A DNA stretch of 64,000 nt. It comes from Eledone cirrhosa. Its lineage: Eukaryota. Shown here piece after piece: positions 36,268-51,398 of the stretch. The position numbers were made by a program, and so were the translations under genes. Each line of letters starts with the position of its first letter. The first letter of the stretch is position 1. The DNA lies in assembly GCA_964016885.1 (NCBI GenBank), contig OZ024754.1:15190001-15254000 (forward strand), given 5' to 3'. The notes under the pieces are model-generated. The model was not told the origin of the DNA and did not search any database. It saw only the letters and a program-made list of their open reading frames with translations.

Positions 36268-36461
36268 AATAAACCTTTCAAGGATTTACACAAATCCAGC
36301 CTCCTGTCATTTCATTATAATATTTAACTCCGTAATAGCACCACCAACTACAAAAACAAAGACGGTTGAACTGCTTTACGTTGAGTACTCTCTATATTAT
36401 TGCATTACGATTGACCATACGGAATAGACCAGCTCTATACAGTGGTGAACCTCAAACCTGA

Positions 36462-37294
<833 letters not shown>

Positions 37295-37331
37295 TATATA
37301 TATATATATATATATATATCTATATATATAT

Positions 37332-37860
37332 GTATAAAGAAAACGAAAAATCAGTGATACATCTGGACTTAATTTATTGCGTGTTACAATTGTTTCGCCG
37401 GCAGGTAGCTCGAGACATGGTCCCTGTATGGATCTGGCTGATTCTACGGCTTCAGGTTCTTTCAGACACGGGTATTTCGTTCGGAGCAAATTTTATCACT
37501 GGGGTGTTATCATCAAAAAACACCCTAAAAAAACCCTCTTCCACGCTTGTCATGCCATTGGCTGTTTTTACTCCACGTCATCACAAGTTCTGGTCAGTAT
37601 TTACTGCCACACGGGTCATCAGCCATTTTCCGTCCGACACACTTCAATGGAGTCATGCTGGGTTCAGCATCTCACACGTCTGTTCACACTCCAGAGTAAG
37701 CACTCACACACACGAATATACACACACATATACACACATACACATTCGTGCATACACACACGTACGCCTACATGCGCAGACACACACACACCCACATACA
37801 TATAGGTATATATATACACACACGCTCTCCCTCACTTCCACGGACCCAGTCACACCCACT
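37332..37860 (-). mobile_element. Dispersed repeat (PLE-like terminus) with HHR-like core-insertion variant at 37380-37470
   Basis: Second copy at 46591-47112. Minus strand: cgugu CUGA aagaaccugaa gccg...cggc GAAA CAAUUG UA acacg. Confidence 0.6.
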
Positions 37861-37994
37861 TGTAGATACATATCCCCACAAGCCTTATAACAGCTGCTTA
37901 AATCGCGCCGTATATCCGGTATATCTAAAATATAAAGTATATATAAAGTATATCCGTATATATAAAATATAAAGTATAAAATATCAATATCATA

Positions 37995-38050
<56 letters not shown>

Positions 38051-38261
38051 TGGACATACATATAATTATATATACACACACACGCTCTCCCTCACTTCCA
38101 CGGACCCAGTCACACCCACTTGTAGATACATATCGTCACAAGCCTTATAACAGCTGCTTAAGTCGCGCCGTATATCTGGTATATCTAATATATAAAGTAT
38201 ATATAAAGTATATCCGTATATATAAAATATAAAGTATAAAATATCAATATCATATCTCTCT

Positions 38262-38325
<64 letters not shown>

Positions 38326-38753
38326 CTGAATACCATGTGCGTTTTTGGCTTTGGGTCCTCTCTGTATTATTGGACGAAATACTCGTTGAAGAAGCCTTTC
38401 CGCGTTCATCCCTTCTCTAGAAGTCTTATATATTTTTTTATGTGGGCTGATAGTGATTGGATTAAGGAATTGCAGAAACCCAAGAAGCTAGATTTAACAT
38501 CTTTCTAGCGGGTCCGGGTGAGTTTTTTACATTCATTTAATTTATTAATTTATTGATATTTTATTTGAGTAACCCGAATCTTCCTGGTCGTTCTTTTTCG
38601 GCTGCACGGGTGATTTTAGGCATGATCTCCATGTGTTGGTATTTTAACGATAGTTGTAGCTCTGATTTTTCCAAATTATTGAGCCCTCTGCCACACATAT
38701 CCGATATTGTTTATCGTGATTTCGTGGGCTGATATTCCGATTCTCGATTATTC

Positions 38754-38788
<35 letters not shown>

Positions 38789-38991
38789 TGGACATACATA
38801 TAGGTATATATACACACACACGCTCTCCCTCACTTCCACAGACCCAGTCACACCCACTTGTAGATACATATCGCAACAAGCCTTATAACAGCTGCTTAAG
38901 TCGCGCCGTATATCCGGTATATCTAATATATAAAGTATATATAAAGTATATATAAAATATATATAAAATATAAAGTATAAAATATCAATAT

Positions 38992-39067
<76 letters not shown>

Positions 39068-39532
39068 TGGACGGAGAGGGAGAGAGAGAGAGAGAGGGGG
39101 AGAGAGAGGGAGAGAAAGAGGGGGAGAGAGAAAGTGAATTAAAAAAATAATCATTCTACTCGATCAAAGTTGACCTGATGATACACAACAAACATGTTAC
39201 AAATATACAAATAAACTGACGATCAGATTGATCGATATGTATAGATATATAGATCGATATATATAGATAAAAAGTTAGCTAAACAGACGGCTCGCCAAGC
39301 AGACATATTGATAAATATATAAACAGAAACATACACAGATATGGAGGTAGAGAGTTAGATAAAGAGATGGGTGGGTTGGTGGTTTTATAAGAGAAAGGGG
39401 TATGACTACAATGAACATCAATATATATAAGGCATATTAATAATGCCTAAATCATTTACAGGGAGATTAAATGGTCACTCTTTGTAAAGAAACGTAAATC
39501 TCTTGGTAGAAAAATAGTGAACTTGATTGATG

Positions 39533-39614
<82 letters not shown>

Positions 39615-39648
39615 GTATATATATGTATATGTATATATATGTATATGT

Positions 39649-39734
<86 letters not shown>

Positions 39735-39853
39735 ATATATATGTATATATATGTATATATATATTTATATATATGTATAGATATATATATATAGGCATAT
39801 ATGCCTGATATATATATATATATAGGCATATATGCCTGATGATCATATATATA

Positions 39854-39894
<41 letters not shown>

Positions 39895-39961
39895 TGCCCG
39901 ATGATCATATATATATATATATGTGTGTGTGTGTATATATATATATATGTGTGTGTATGTG

Positions 39962-40011
<50 letters not shown>

Positions 40012-40488
40012 AGAGTATTGAAGTTTGCTTGAAGCATTGTGGATTAATAAAAATTTGGTCGTTTTGGAAGTCTCAACAATGCAGATGGGTAAATCTCCGG
40101 GTAACAGAATCCGGTGGTGGAGAGAGAGATGTAAGAGGAAATGTAGAATGAGATGTATAGTGTGTAGAGGAACGTAGGAAAGAGCGTAAAAAAATTAAAA
40201 ATAATAAAAACGGTGGACAACAGAGGCCACGTACCGTTCCTCTCCGACAGATGACTTTCCCCCTCAGAAAACCCCCAGTTGATGGATGCGAAATCCGAAA
40301 TATAGGGACAATTAAATCTCTCCCAAGGTAACTCTATCTCGTGTTATTATTTTTATTTTTTACGCTCTTTCCTACGTTCCTCTACACACTATACGTCTCA
40401 TTCTACATTTCCTCTTACATCTCTCTCTCCACCACCGGATTCTGTTACCCGGAGATTTACCCATCTGCATTGTTGAGGCTTCCAAAAT

Positions 40489-40717
<229 letters not shown>

Positions 40718-40718
40718 T

Positions 40719-40776
<58 letters not shown>

Positions 40777-41180
40777 GTATATATATATATATTATATATA
40801 TATATATATATAGAACCAGCCGAAATCGGCCCTGTTCGTGTTTAATGGTATCTTAAATGTACATATACAATCACATAAATTTATTAGATTTGGATAAATT
40901 GGAATACAAAAAAATTCATATCTTCAATTCGTCATGGAGCTTTGATTCCATTAAAATTGTTCAATAGAAACCACTCAAAATATAGAAGACAACAGTGAAT
41001 TTTACTCATCTGTTTTTAATTTTCTTGGAAAACATGGTGGGGTTTTCTTTTCAAAATAATATAAATGATTATTTCAAACGTAGTATTTTTTTAATCGATA
41101 ACTCATCGCAATGTCTGTTGAAGTACTTGAGAATATCTAAAACTTAGGTGCCAATCTGTGTTCTAGTTATATTCATTTTC

Positions 41181-41282
<102 letters not shown>

Positions 41283-41567
41283 GAAAATGAATATAAGTAG
41301 AACACAGATTGGCACAGATTGGCACCTAAGTTTTAGATATTCTCAAGTACTTCAACATATATATATAAAGAATTAATATATCACCGACATATGTATACAG
41401 ATGCATACCTATGCTAGCAAATACATATGTTTTGTCTTAGTAACTTTGTGGTTCTATGCAGGGGGGTGCAGAACAATTATATGAAAGACGTAAATAAGAA
41501 AGTTATGAAAATTGACTTACTTACTAAAATAAAGTAAGTCAATTTTCATAACTTTCTTATTTACGTC

Positions 41568-41633
<66 letters not shown>

Positions 41634-41660
41634 CTTATTTATTTATGTTCAAGGTACAAA

Positions 41661-41700
<40 letters not shown>

Positions 41701-42560
41701 GATATTAAATAATGGAAACTATATTTATAAAACCATATTTATTTCATTATATATATTTCAGGGATATCATATTAACAATATGTTATGCCTTCCTCAGACA
41801 AAATACAATATAGACAGTTTTATAGATAAATAGATTTGACATACCGTTCAACATCGACTTGTATTTGTAAAAGTTGATTTGGCAGTGAAAAATTGTAAAC
41901 AGAAAGAAAGAAAGAGAGAAAGAAGGAAAGAAAGAAAGAAAACGAAGAAAAAGAAGAAAAAGAAGAAATGCATGCAACAAAATAGAGAGATGGAAAGATA
42001 GATAAAGAGAAGAACTTCATGTAAAGAAACAGAGAGAGATATATATAGAGAGAGGAAATAGATAGAGATAGATATATATAGAGAAAAGTAGGTAGTTGAA
42101 CATCCGTTGAATGAACGTATCAATGATACATTTATTTATTTATTTATTTATTTAGCTCTAGTATTAATGTAAGGGAGATATATGTGGTTAGGAAAGAAAC
42201 CAGCCGTTGTATAGAGAGAAAAATGAAAAGTAACCAGACATAGGCGAGGCAGAATTTAAAAACCCTATGTTTTAATGTAGAAATATTAGTTCGTATAAAA
42301 ACCAGGCACTATAATGTAAATATCAGTATTCCTGAATGAGACACGTATCCATAATGTGTGAAAAGTAATGATCTTATGTCTAGTTTTAAAAATTCATATG
42401 TTTATATGAAAACTACAAACATCGATGTGAATTTACGTGATCAACTCTGCAAACCCCTATTTCACACGGAGAACATTCTCATTGTGCTATAAAAATTTAA
42501 GTATACATATATGTGTATATATACACATATATATAGAGTCTATATTAATTTTAACAATAC

Positions 42561-44647
42561 AATCTAATATAAATAAAAATGTCTCGGACTTAAACAAAGT
42601 TTTCAAATCTAAAAGAAATCCACCCCCTAACAAACTTTTATCTGACTTTGAAAACGATATAATTTCTATCATACAAGGGGTCAAATTCAAGAGAAACTTC
42701 AAAGGCCAGGAATATCTGAAAGGCATTAAGGATAATATTGAGAGCTTAGAGAAAACTGAGAAGATCTTGGTGAAATCTGACAAGACCAACAACCTCTATG
42801 GAGTGCAGAAAGACATGTATAATGGCCTCATACTGAAGGAACTGAGGAAAAAGTACAAGGTAGCAGATAAGGCCGAGCTTGAGAAAATGAATGTCGAAGC
42901 ATCTTGTATAATGCACGAGTTGGAAATTGAGAACAGAACACAACCTTTCGTGCCCAGGAAACCGAAGATCAATATGAAAGATCACAAAAGGAATTTTGAA
43001 AATGACTTGCCAGTTAGATTGATCGCACCATCAAAATCGGACCTGGGCAAATTAAGCAAAAACATTCTTGACAGGGTGATACAGCAAATTAAAAACTTGG
43101 ATTGTTTACCTAACCTGAGCTTGTGGAAGGGAACTGGAGAGGTTGTTGAGTGGTTTAAACAAATTAAATATAACAATAATAATAAGTTTATTCAACTTGA
43201 TATTGCTAACTATTATTCTTCTATTACCCCTAATCTACTAAATAAGGCACTAAATTACGCATTCAAACGTACAGACCTAACTAGCAATGAAATGCACATT
43301 ATATTATCGGCTAGGAAAACATTGATAGAATTTAATGACCAACTATGGACCAGAGCAGATAGAGATAGCAATTTTGACATTACTATGGGATCATCCGACT
43401 CAGCTCAGGTAACTGACCTTGTGGGCTTATTTTTAATCAATTCGCTACATAGGAAAATACCTGGTACTACCGGAGGTTTATATAGAGATGACATGCTTTT
43501 ACTTATTGATAATAATAACTCTGAATTAAATAGAAAAAGAAAACAAATTACACAATTTTTTAATTACTTTAATCTAAAAATAGAAATTGAGAGCAACCAT
43601 AGAATAGTCAATTTCCTAGATATAACATTAAATCTCAACACATGTCTTCACTATCCTTTTCACAAGTTGAATGAAAACTTAAACTATGTCAGCTTTAACT
43701 CTAACCACCCCAGATCTGTCAAAAACACTATAGTAAACTCTGTTCAAAAACGTATCTCTAGAATCTCGTCTAATAGAAAGATTTTCGACGAAAAAGCCCA
43801 GTACTACAATGAAGCGTTAGCTAGAGCAGGATATAGTGATAAGATTATGTACATAGATAATGATAGACAAACTAAACAAAATAACAACTATTTTAATTAC
43901 GGCCACAACCTTAACAACTATAATAGAAAGCATTACAATAATCCCAAAAGCCAAAAAAGAAATAGAACTAGGAACATAATATGGTTTGCCCCCCCCCCCC
44001 CTTTCTCACTAAACATTAAAACCCACATCGCTAAACTATTTTTTAAAGCTCTTGATAATCGTTTCCCTAGAACACATAGGTATCACTCAATTTTCAATAG
44101 ACATACTATAAAATTAACCTACTCATCCACCAAAAATTTAGCACAAAATATTAATAGAATAAATAATAGGAACTTAAAACCTAGCGATAATAGCATAAAT
44201 AATATACAAGTTAACAAATGTAACTGTAGAGATAGATCTAAATGTCCGTTAAATAACAACTGCTTAGTTAAAAATATAATATACAACTGTAATGTTAAAA
44301 CGGACTCTAATTCTTTTAACTACGTCGGTTCCACATCGACGGAATTTAAACTTCGCTATAATAACCACAAGAATTCTTTCACAGATCCAAGCAAAAAATC
44401 TTCAACAGCACTATCAGGCGTACTCTGGCAACTTAGGCAAGATAACGTTAGATATTCGACGGCTTGGAATATAGTCTCAAGAGGGATTCCTTTTAATTCA
44501 TCTTCTGAGTCATGTGACCTCTGCGCGGAGGAGATATTCTTTATACTAAAATCTAAAAATTCCCTTAATCTACGGACAAATTTATTCAGTTGCTGCAAAC
44601 ATAGATTGAACTCAACTTTTAAATATAAATTTAAATTTAAAATGTAG
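42561..44647 (+). CDS. PLE reverse transcriptase + GIY-YIG endonuclease (5'-truncated, otherwise open)
   Basis: KSDKT, KDHK..F...PVRLI.PSKS, QLDIANYYSSI, FDITMGSSDSA, GLYRDD, NFLDITL, SNHP, CNCR..CPL..C, IIY.C.V..YVGST..FK.R..H. The first ~41 aa of the ORF-track call come from the inverted repeat. Confidence 0.9.
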
Positions 44648-46030
44648 TATATTTAGTTTGATTTATAATTATTTGGGAAACTAGCCGATAAATCTTTCGA
44701 TTTCTTCTTTTTATTCTTCTTTTTATTTTTATTTTTATTTAAACATTCTTCATGAAAAATTAAACTACCCTAAAAGTTGATGCTCCAAATATTTCGAATA
44801 AACGTTACACTAGATAAACTTCTATATTAAATATAAGAACATATGTAGACAAAATGGGCATCCTAAACTTTTTGAAATGATTTCTGCTAGACGCGATTTG
44901 GTAAATAATTTTTAGCTTTATCTGTTTTCGACTCTGATGCTTATAATGAACTTGGCAATATATTGTCAATTAATTTTGAAGGGTTGATCTTTGTGGTCGA
45001 TTTGCGTGGCATATTATGTTTCTATTATGTTTTTATTTTTATTATTTTAATATTTTTAAATATTTTTTTTAATATTTTTAATATTTTTATTTTTAATATG
45101 TAATATTTTTTAGTTTTCTATTTTATTTATTTGTTTATTATTATTATATTTATTTTTATTATTATTATTATTATTACTATTATTATTTTTTGTTTTTGTT
45201 TCTGATATTTTTTATTAATATATTGAAATCTGTTCTCTATTTCTGCTTGATAGATAATCATGTAGAGTAAAGACAAGAATAGTATTGTTAAAATTAATAT
45301 AGACTCTATATATATGTGTATATATACACATATATGTATACTTAAATTTTTATAGCACAATGAGAATGTTCTCCGTGTGAAATAGGGGTTTTCAGAGTTG
45401 ATCACGTAAATTCACATCGATGTTTGTAGTTATCATATAAACATATGAATTTTTAAAACTAGACATAAGATCATTACTTTTCACACATTATGGATACGTG
45501 TCTCATTCAGGAATACTGATATTTACATTATAGTGCCTGGTTTTTATACGAACTAATATTTCTACATTAAAACATAGGGTTTTTAAATTCTGCCTCGCCT
45601 ATGTCTGGTTACTTTTCATTTTTCTCTCTATACAACGGCTGGTTTCTTTCCTAACCACATATATCTCCCTTACATTAATACTAGAGCTAAATAAATAAAT
45701 AAATAAATAAATGTATCATTGATACGTTCATTCAACGGATGTTCAACTACCTACTTTTCTCTATATATATCTATCTCTATCTATTTCCTCTCTCTATATA
45801 TATCTCTCTCTGTTTCTTTACATGAAGTTCTTCTCTTTATCTATCTTTCCATCTCTCTATTTTGTTGCATGCATTTCTTCTTTTTCTTCTTTTTCTTCGT
45901 TTTCTTTCTTTCTTTCCTTCTTTCTCTCTTTCTTTCTTTCTGTTTACAATTTTTCACTGCCAAATCAACTTTTTCAAATACAAGTCGATGTTGAACGGTA
46001 TGTCAAATCTATTTATCTATAAAACTGTCT

Positions 46031-46107
46031 ATATTGTATTTTGTCTGAGGAAGGCATAACATATTGTTAATATGATATCCCTGAAATATATATAATGAAA
46101 TAAATAT
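46031..46107 (+). ncRNA. Minimal type I HHR in PLE pLTR (mirror copy ~41735-41811, minus strand)
   Basis: auauuguauuuugu CUGAGGA agg..cauauu guu aauaug..ccu GAAA uauaua UA augaaauaaauau. Predicted cleavage after 46094. Confidence 0.82.
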
Positions 46108-46465
46108 GGTTTTATAAATATAGTTTCCATTTATTTAATATCGTAAATATAATCCAAATACTTGTTGAGTGCTTTTATATCAGTTATAAATATTTACTAG
46201 TTGTAACCCAACAATTTAAATATAACTTTACATATATATATATATATATATATATTTCGTTTCTGAATTTCTTTAGCAAGATTTTTTATCTGAAACGTGT
46301 GTTGAAACCGATATTGTTATACTTTGGGAGGGTCATGTTGCCAATAAGAAACATACGTACCAGTTGCTTTCACTCCAATTTATTATAAATTTAATTTATA
46401 ATAAATTGGAGTGAAAGCAACTGGTGCGTGTGTTTCTTATTGGCAACATGACCCTCCCAAAGTAT

Positions 46466-46509
<44 letters not shown>

Positions 46510-46590
46510 GTGTATAATGGTAGCTATGGTGCTTCCACAGGCGGTATGCCAAAATTAGCACTCGATATTCAGCAGAGTAGAGTGTAGATA

Positions 46591-47112
46591 GTATAAAGAA
46601 AACGAAAAATCAGTGATGCATCTGGACTTAATTTATTGCGTGTTACAATTGTTTCGCCGGCATGTAGCTCGAGACATGGTCCCTGTATGGATCTGGTTGA
46701 TTCTACGGCTGCAGGTTCTTTCAGACACGGGTATTTCGTTTCGGAGCAAATTTTATCACTGGGGTGTTATCATCAAAAAACACCCTAAAAAAAAAACCTT
46801 TCACTCATGCTGTTTTTACTCCACGTCATCACAAGTTCTGGTCAGTATCTACTGCCACACGGGTCATCAGCCATTTTCCGTCCGACACACTTCAATGGAG
46901 TCATGCTGGGTTCAGCATCTCACACGTCTGTTCACACTCCAGAGTAAGCACCCCCACACACGAATATACACACATATATACACACACATGCAAACACATT
47001 CGTGCATACACACACGTACGCCTACATGCGTAGCCCCCCCCCACATACAAACATATACGTATATATACACACACACGCTCTCCCTCACTTCCACGGACCC
47101 AGTCACACCCAC
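46591..47112 (-). mobile_element. Second copy of the 37332-37860 repeat with HHR-like variant at 46639-46729
   Basis: High identity to 37332-37860. Confidence 0.6.
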
Positions 47113-47122
47113 TACATATAGC

Positions 47123-47740
47123 TTGAACAAAAGGGCAACGATGGTTGCCGAACATTGTGCGGCTAATAATTCGGGCTGTTTGTTTACAAAAGAACCGAGC
47201 ATTATAATAAATGTTCGGTAAACCCATACGTACATAGATATATATATGTGTGCATGTATGTATGTATATACATACTACTGTACGTCTGTATATATATATG
47301 CATGTACATATAATACTTATATTTAAATATCAGCCGTACTAAGAGTGAGAAATGAAATTTCATTTTTTTTTTCTTTTATCGTTTTCGGTACGCCCGGCCG
47401 ACTAACTCACTCGATATGCAAATTAGGCTGCTCAGCCGTTAATATGCATAAGGAAAGTATATACTTTCAAACGTTCAATCAACTGACAGGAAGGTATACG
47501 GTGTTGATGACAGCTAATAAGCTAGAAACCAGTTCATTGTTCCTTTGTCAGTGTTGAACAAAAGGGCAACGATGGTTGCCGAACACTGTGCGGCTAATAA
47601 TTCGGGCTGCTTGTTTACAAACAAACCGAGCATTATAAACCCATACGTACCACACGTACATATATAAACCCATAAGTACATATATTATATGTGTGCATGT
47701 ACTTATATATATATATACTACTGTAGGTCTGTATACATAT
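47123..47740 (+). mobile_element. Candidate retrozyme copy 3 (~1.4 units)
   Basis: ttgaacaaaagggcaacgatggttgccgaac at 47123 and 47554 (period 431). Octamer ATGCAAAT at 47416-47423. Mutated HHR at 47498-47540 (acggug UUGAUGA cagc uaauaa gcua GAAA ccag UU cauugu). Confidence 0.75.
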
Positions 47741-47757
47741 ATGTATGTACGTATATA

Positions 47758-47853
<96 letters not shown>

Positions 47854-48590
47854 TTCATTCATATGTATATATGTATATATTATATATATATTATATATAT
47901 ATGTATATATATATATGTATTAGGTAATTCCAAAGGCAAAGCAAAGGAAAAAGAGTGCTCTATGTATAGAACTGAGCTATTTATATAGAAAGTGAACAAC
48001 ACAAATATAACTACTCCATTACCAAAGGTTTCTGGATTACAGACGATAATAATATACGCCTGGATCGGTCGTCAGACAGAGATGTTATAGATACAAGATA
48101 TGAAATGAGATTTAAAATCTGTTAAAAATTGGAAGTGAGGCTGGAAATAAACGGGAAATATACATAAGAAAAGAAGGGTAAGAAAAATAATATATATATA
48201 AAAAATAATATATATATAAAAAAATATATATATATAGTAATATAGGAAAAGACATTTTCCAATCGTCTGTAATCCAGAAACCTTTGGTAATGGAATAGTT
48301 ATATTTTGTGTTGTTCACTTTCTAATTAAATATATATATATGTATGTATATATGTATGTTTTCTCTTTCTCTTAATTTCGAATATATTTAAGATGACACC
48401 GATAACATTTTTGCTGATGTCGGGGCAGTCGTGGTGAAGGGATTGTATAAATGGCAGCTGCCTCCACTTGTCTTGTGGGTTTAATTCATTTAAATCTATA
48501 CACAACCATTGGCCACTGAGATTTACTTTAAAGTACGCTGCAGTGTGTATGCATGTATATATGTACGTACCTACGTACGTATGTATGTAT

Positions 48591-49048
48591 GTTTTCTCTT
48601 TCTCTTAATTTCGAGTATATTTTTTTGACCGGCCACCTTCCTGGTGGCAAGGTTGTAAAAGAAAGAAATTGTCATCCCTTGAATCGCAAGAATGTTTTGC
48701 AAATTTTGAAGGTGCCAGCTATCGCAGCCATTTGTAGACTATGAATTAGGGGGCTGCGCTTTTTGTCCGCAAATCCAAGTTCAGTCTTACTTTGGTCCAA
48801 GCGGGTTGGTATATAACCCGTAGCACCAATAATGATGGGTATGAAGCTAAAGGTGTATCTTGGATACTGGATTTATAAACTCCTCATCAATGGTCCGTAG
48901 ATGTCCTCCTTCTCCTGTATTTTTTCTGACAACGTTTACATCAAGTGGGCAGCTGATCTCCACAACAGAACACGTTTTCAATGTGTGGTCCCAAACTACA
49001 ATATCAGGCCGGTTGTGCTTTAATTTGGTGGCAGTTTTTATTTTTTTA
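48591..49048 (-). mobile_element. Restriction-like-endonuclease LINE 3' fragment in (CATA)n
   Basis: KHNRPDIVVWD...VVEISCPLD and downstream FIPIIIGATG..CKTFL. The 3' end gagaaaa joins (CATA)n, which also flanks the 5' side. A second identical terminus lies at ~48358-48390. Confidence 0.78.
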
Positions 49049-49254
49049 TGTATGTATGTATGTATGTATGTATGTATGTATGTATGTATGTATGTATGTA
49101 TGTATGTATGTATGTATGTATGTATGTATGTATGTATGTATGTATGTAGTTCCACAATAGACTAGATAAACTCAGAGAAGTAATTTATATAGTGATTTAT
49201 ATAGAGAGACAGATAGATATTCAGATGGATAAATAGACAAATAGATAAATGAAT

Positions 49255-49339
<85 letters not shown>

Positions 49340-49358
49340 AAGGCTGTGCTTTACTTAC

Positions 49359-49794
49359 CAGAAGACACTTCAAATTCGTGGACGTAGTAAGGACATTTGT
49401 TGGTGACCATTGTTTTTTCCGGTGTTCTTTTCCAACAGCTGTAACCATCCCAGGTTGGAGGACATGCTGGTTTATTATCTGCCATTGTTTGTGAAATGTT
49501 CTCTTCCTCTTGCTGATCATAACAGCATTGTAAAGCTCCTTGACAACACGATTTCCATCGTTGGCAATGTTCCTTATTTTTTAATGCATTACAGAACTGC
49601 GCCATAATCGTACCATTTTCTATATCCGGTGAGGCTGTATAGTTGTCCCTTATGATGGTCAATTCCTTGTGATATGTTGTCTTTAGAATATCCGAATGGG
49701 GGTATATGAAGACGTAACACATGGTACATGTTACCAGTTTGAATAATCCGAGGGGATAATAACCGGTTCGATCTCTACAAATTATCGGCGTCAT
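49359..49794 (-). CDS. Exon encoding the extracellular domain of a class B (secretin/calcitonin-receptor-like) GPCR
   Basis: Hormone-receptor domain signature CPPTWDGYSCW..TP...V...CP.Y preceded by Cys-rich C..CY and RWKSCC..A..CC. Ends at a perfect donor G|GTAAGT (49359/49358). The 5' boundary is uncertain (in-frame TAA at 49834-49836). Confidence 0.8.
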
Positions 49795-50760
49795 TGGTAT
49801 AGTTGTGTTCTCCCGTTTTAGTTTTGATTGATTTTATCAAACTTTCTCTCCTCTAATTTTTTTTTTCTCGGGTGAAACAAACACACATATGCAAATCAAA
49901 ACCAGAAAGACAATGATAACTGCGGCAACAATAACAACTAACAGAGATCGACAACAAATAACACAACACCACCAACAACAACAACACCAACAACAGCAGC
50001 AATGACCGTACAACAGCAACAGAAAACACAACAGAAAATAATAATAAATAACAGTAATCACAATAACAACAACAACAAGTAACAACAACAATAACAACAG
50101 CAACACAACACCAACAATAACTGCAACGATAATACAAAAATAGCAACGATGACAATCACAGCAACAAAGGAAATAACAACAGTATCAACAACAACAAGTA
50201 CAACAACAACAATAGCATTCACAACATCAATAACAACAAGTACAACAATAACAACAAATCACAATAGCATGAACAATAACAAATACAACAATAACAACAA
50301 TAACAACACCAACAGCTAAGCAAAAGCACGACCAAGAACAACACTAAATAAACCCAATAATTAAAGAAGTAATAATGATAACACCAAGAAGGAGAAAAAG
50401 AAGAAGAAGAAGAAGAAGAAGAAGAAGAAGAAGAAGAAGAAGAAGAAGAAGAAGAAGAAGAAGAAGAAGAAGAAGAGCAACAACAACAACAACAACAATA
50501 AGAGAAGCTGCAACAACTACAACAACTACAACAACAGACGCAGCGACAATAACAACAACCGCAACCCTAACAACAACAATACGTATAACTAATTTACTAT
50601 AAAGTTCAAAACTAGTTGACGTTTAAGACTATTTTCTCCATTACGTCCTTTCTTGAAATTCGTACTGGTTCTTAAAGACATTTGCCGCAACGTATAGAGT
50701 CACTTCTCACACGACAACAACAACAACAACGACGACAACAACAACAACAACAACAAAAAC

Positions 50761-50806
<46 letters not shown>

Positions 50807-51166
50807 GTAGTAGAAATAATAATAATTTCTTAAGAAGAAATCAGCTGAGATCAATAAATATGGAATGATATCATCTTTTACATTTTTCTTTCTTCCTTCC
50901 TTCTTTCCTTTCCTTCTTTCTTAATATTTTCTCTCTTTCATAGTCGTCTCTTTCTTCTTTAATTAGTCTTCGTATTATTTCCTAGTTATTCTTTCTCCCC
51001 TCGCTTGTTTATATGTCCGCCGTCTTTAGATTTTTCTGGTTTTTCTGCGGGTTTTTTTCTTTATTTCTTTATTTTCTCTATATTGTATAAAATATATAAT
51101 TAAGGAAAAAATATGAGATAATTTTCGGAAGGTTATAATACCGATTATTATTAATGTCATTAGTAC

Positions 51167-51219
<53 letters not shown>

Positions 51220-51222
<3 letters not shown>

Positions 51223-51343
51223 ATATCCACTTTTAATATATATATATAATACCCACAATTCATATATATATACATACATACATACATATATATATATAAT
51301 ATCCACTTTTAATATATATAATACTCACAATTCATATATATAT

Positions 51344-51398
<55 letters not shown>

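Larger units (their letters stand above)
41698..46230 (+). mobile_element. Young Nematis-like Penelope element with ~863-bp inverted pseudo-LTRs, in (TA)n
   Basis: Arms 41698-42560 and 45282-46145 are near-perfect reverse complements (about 4 differences seen). RT-EN ORF lies between them, with a ~85-bp tail beyond the right arm. Confidence 0.92.

Noticed and set aside
41698-46145. Novel DNA transposon with long TIRs carrying an RT
   Set aside because: An inverted pLTR at a 5' truncation is a known PLE structure. There is no transposase, and the tail extends on one side only.
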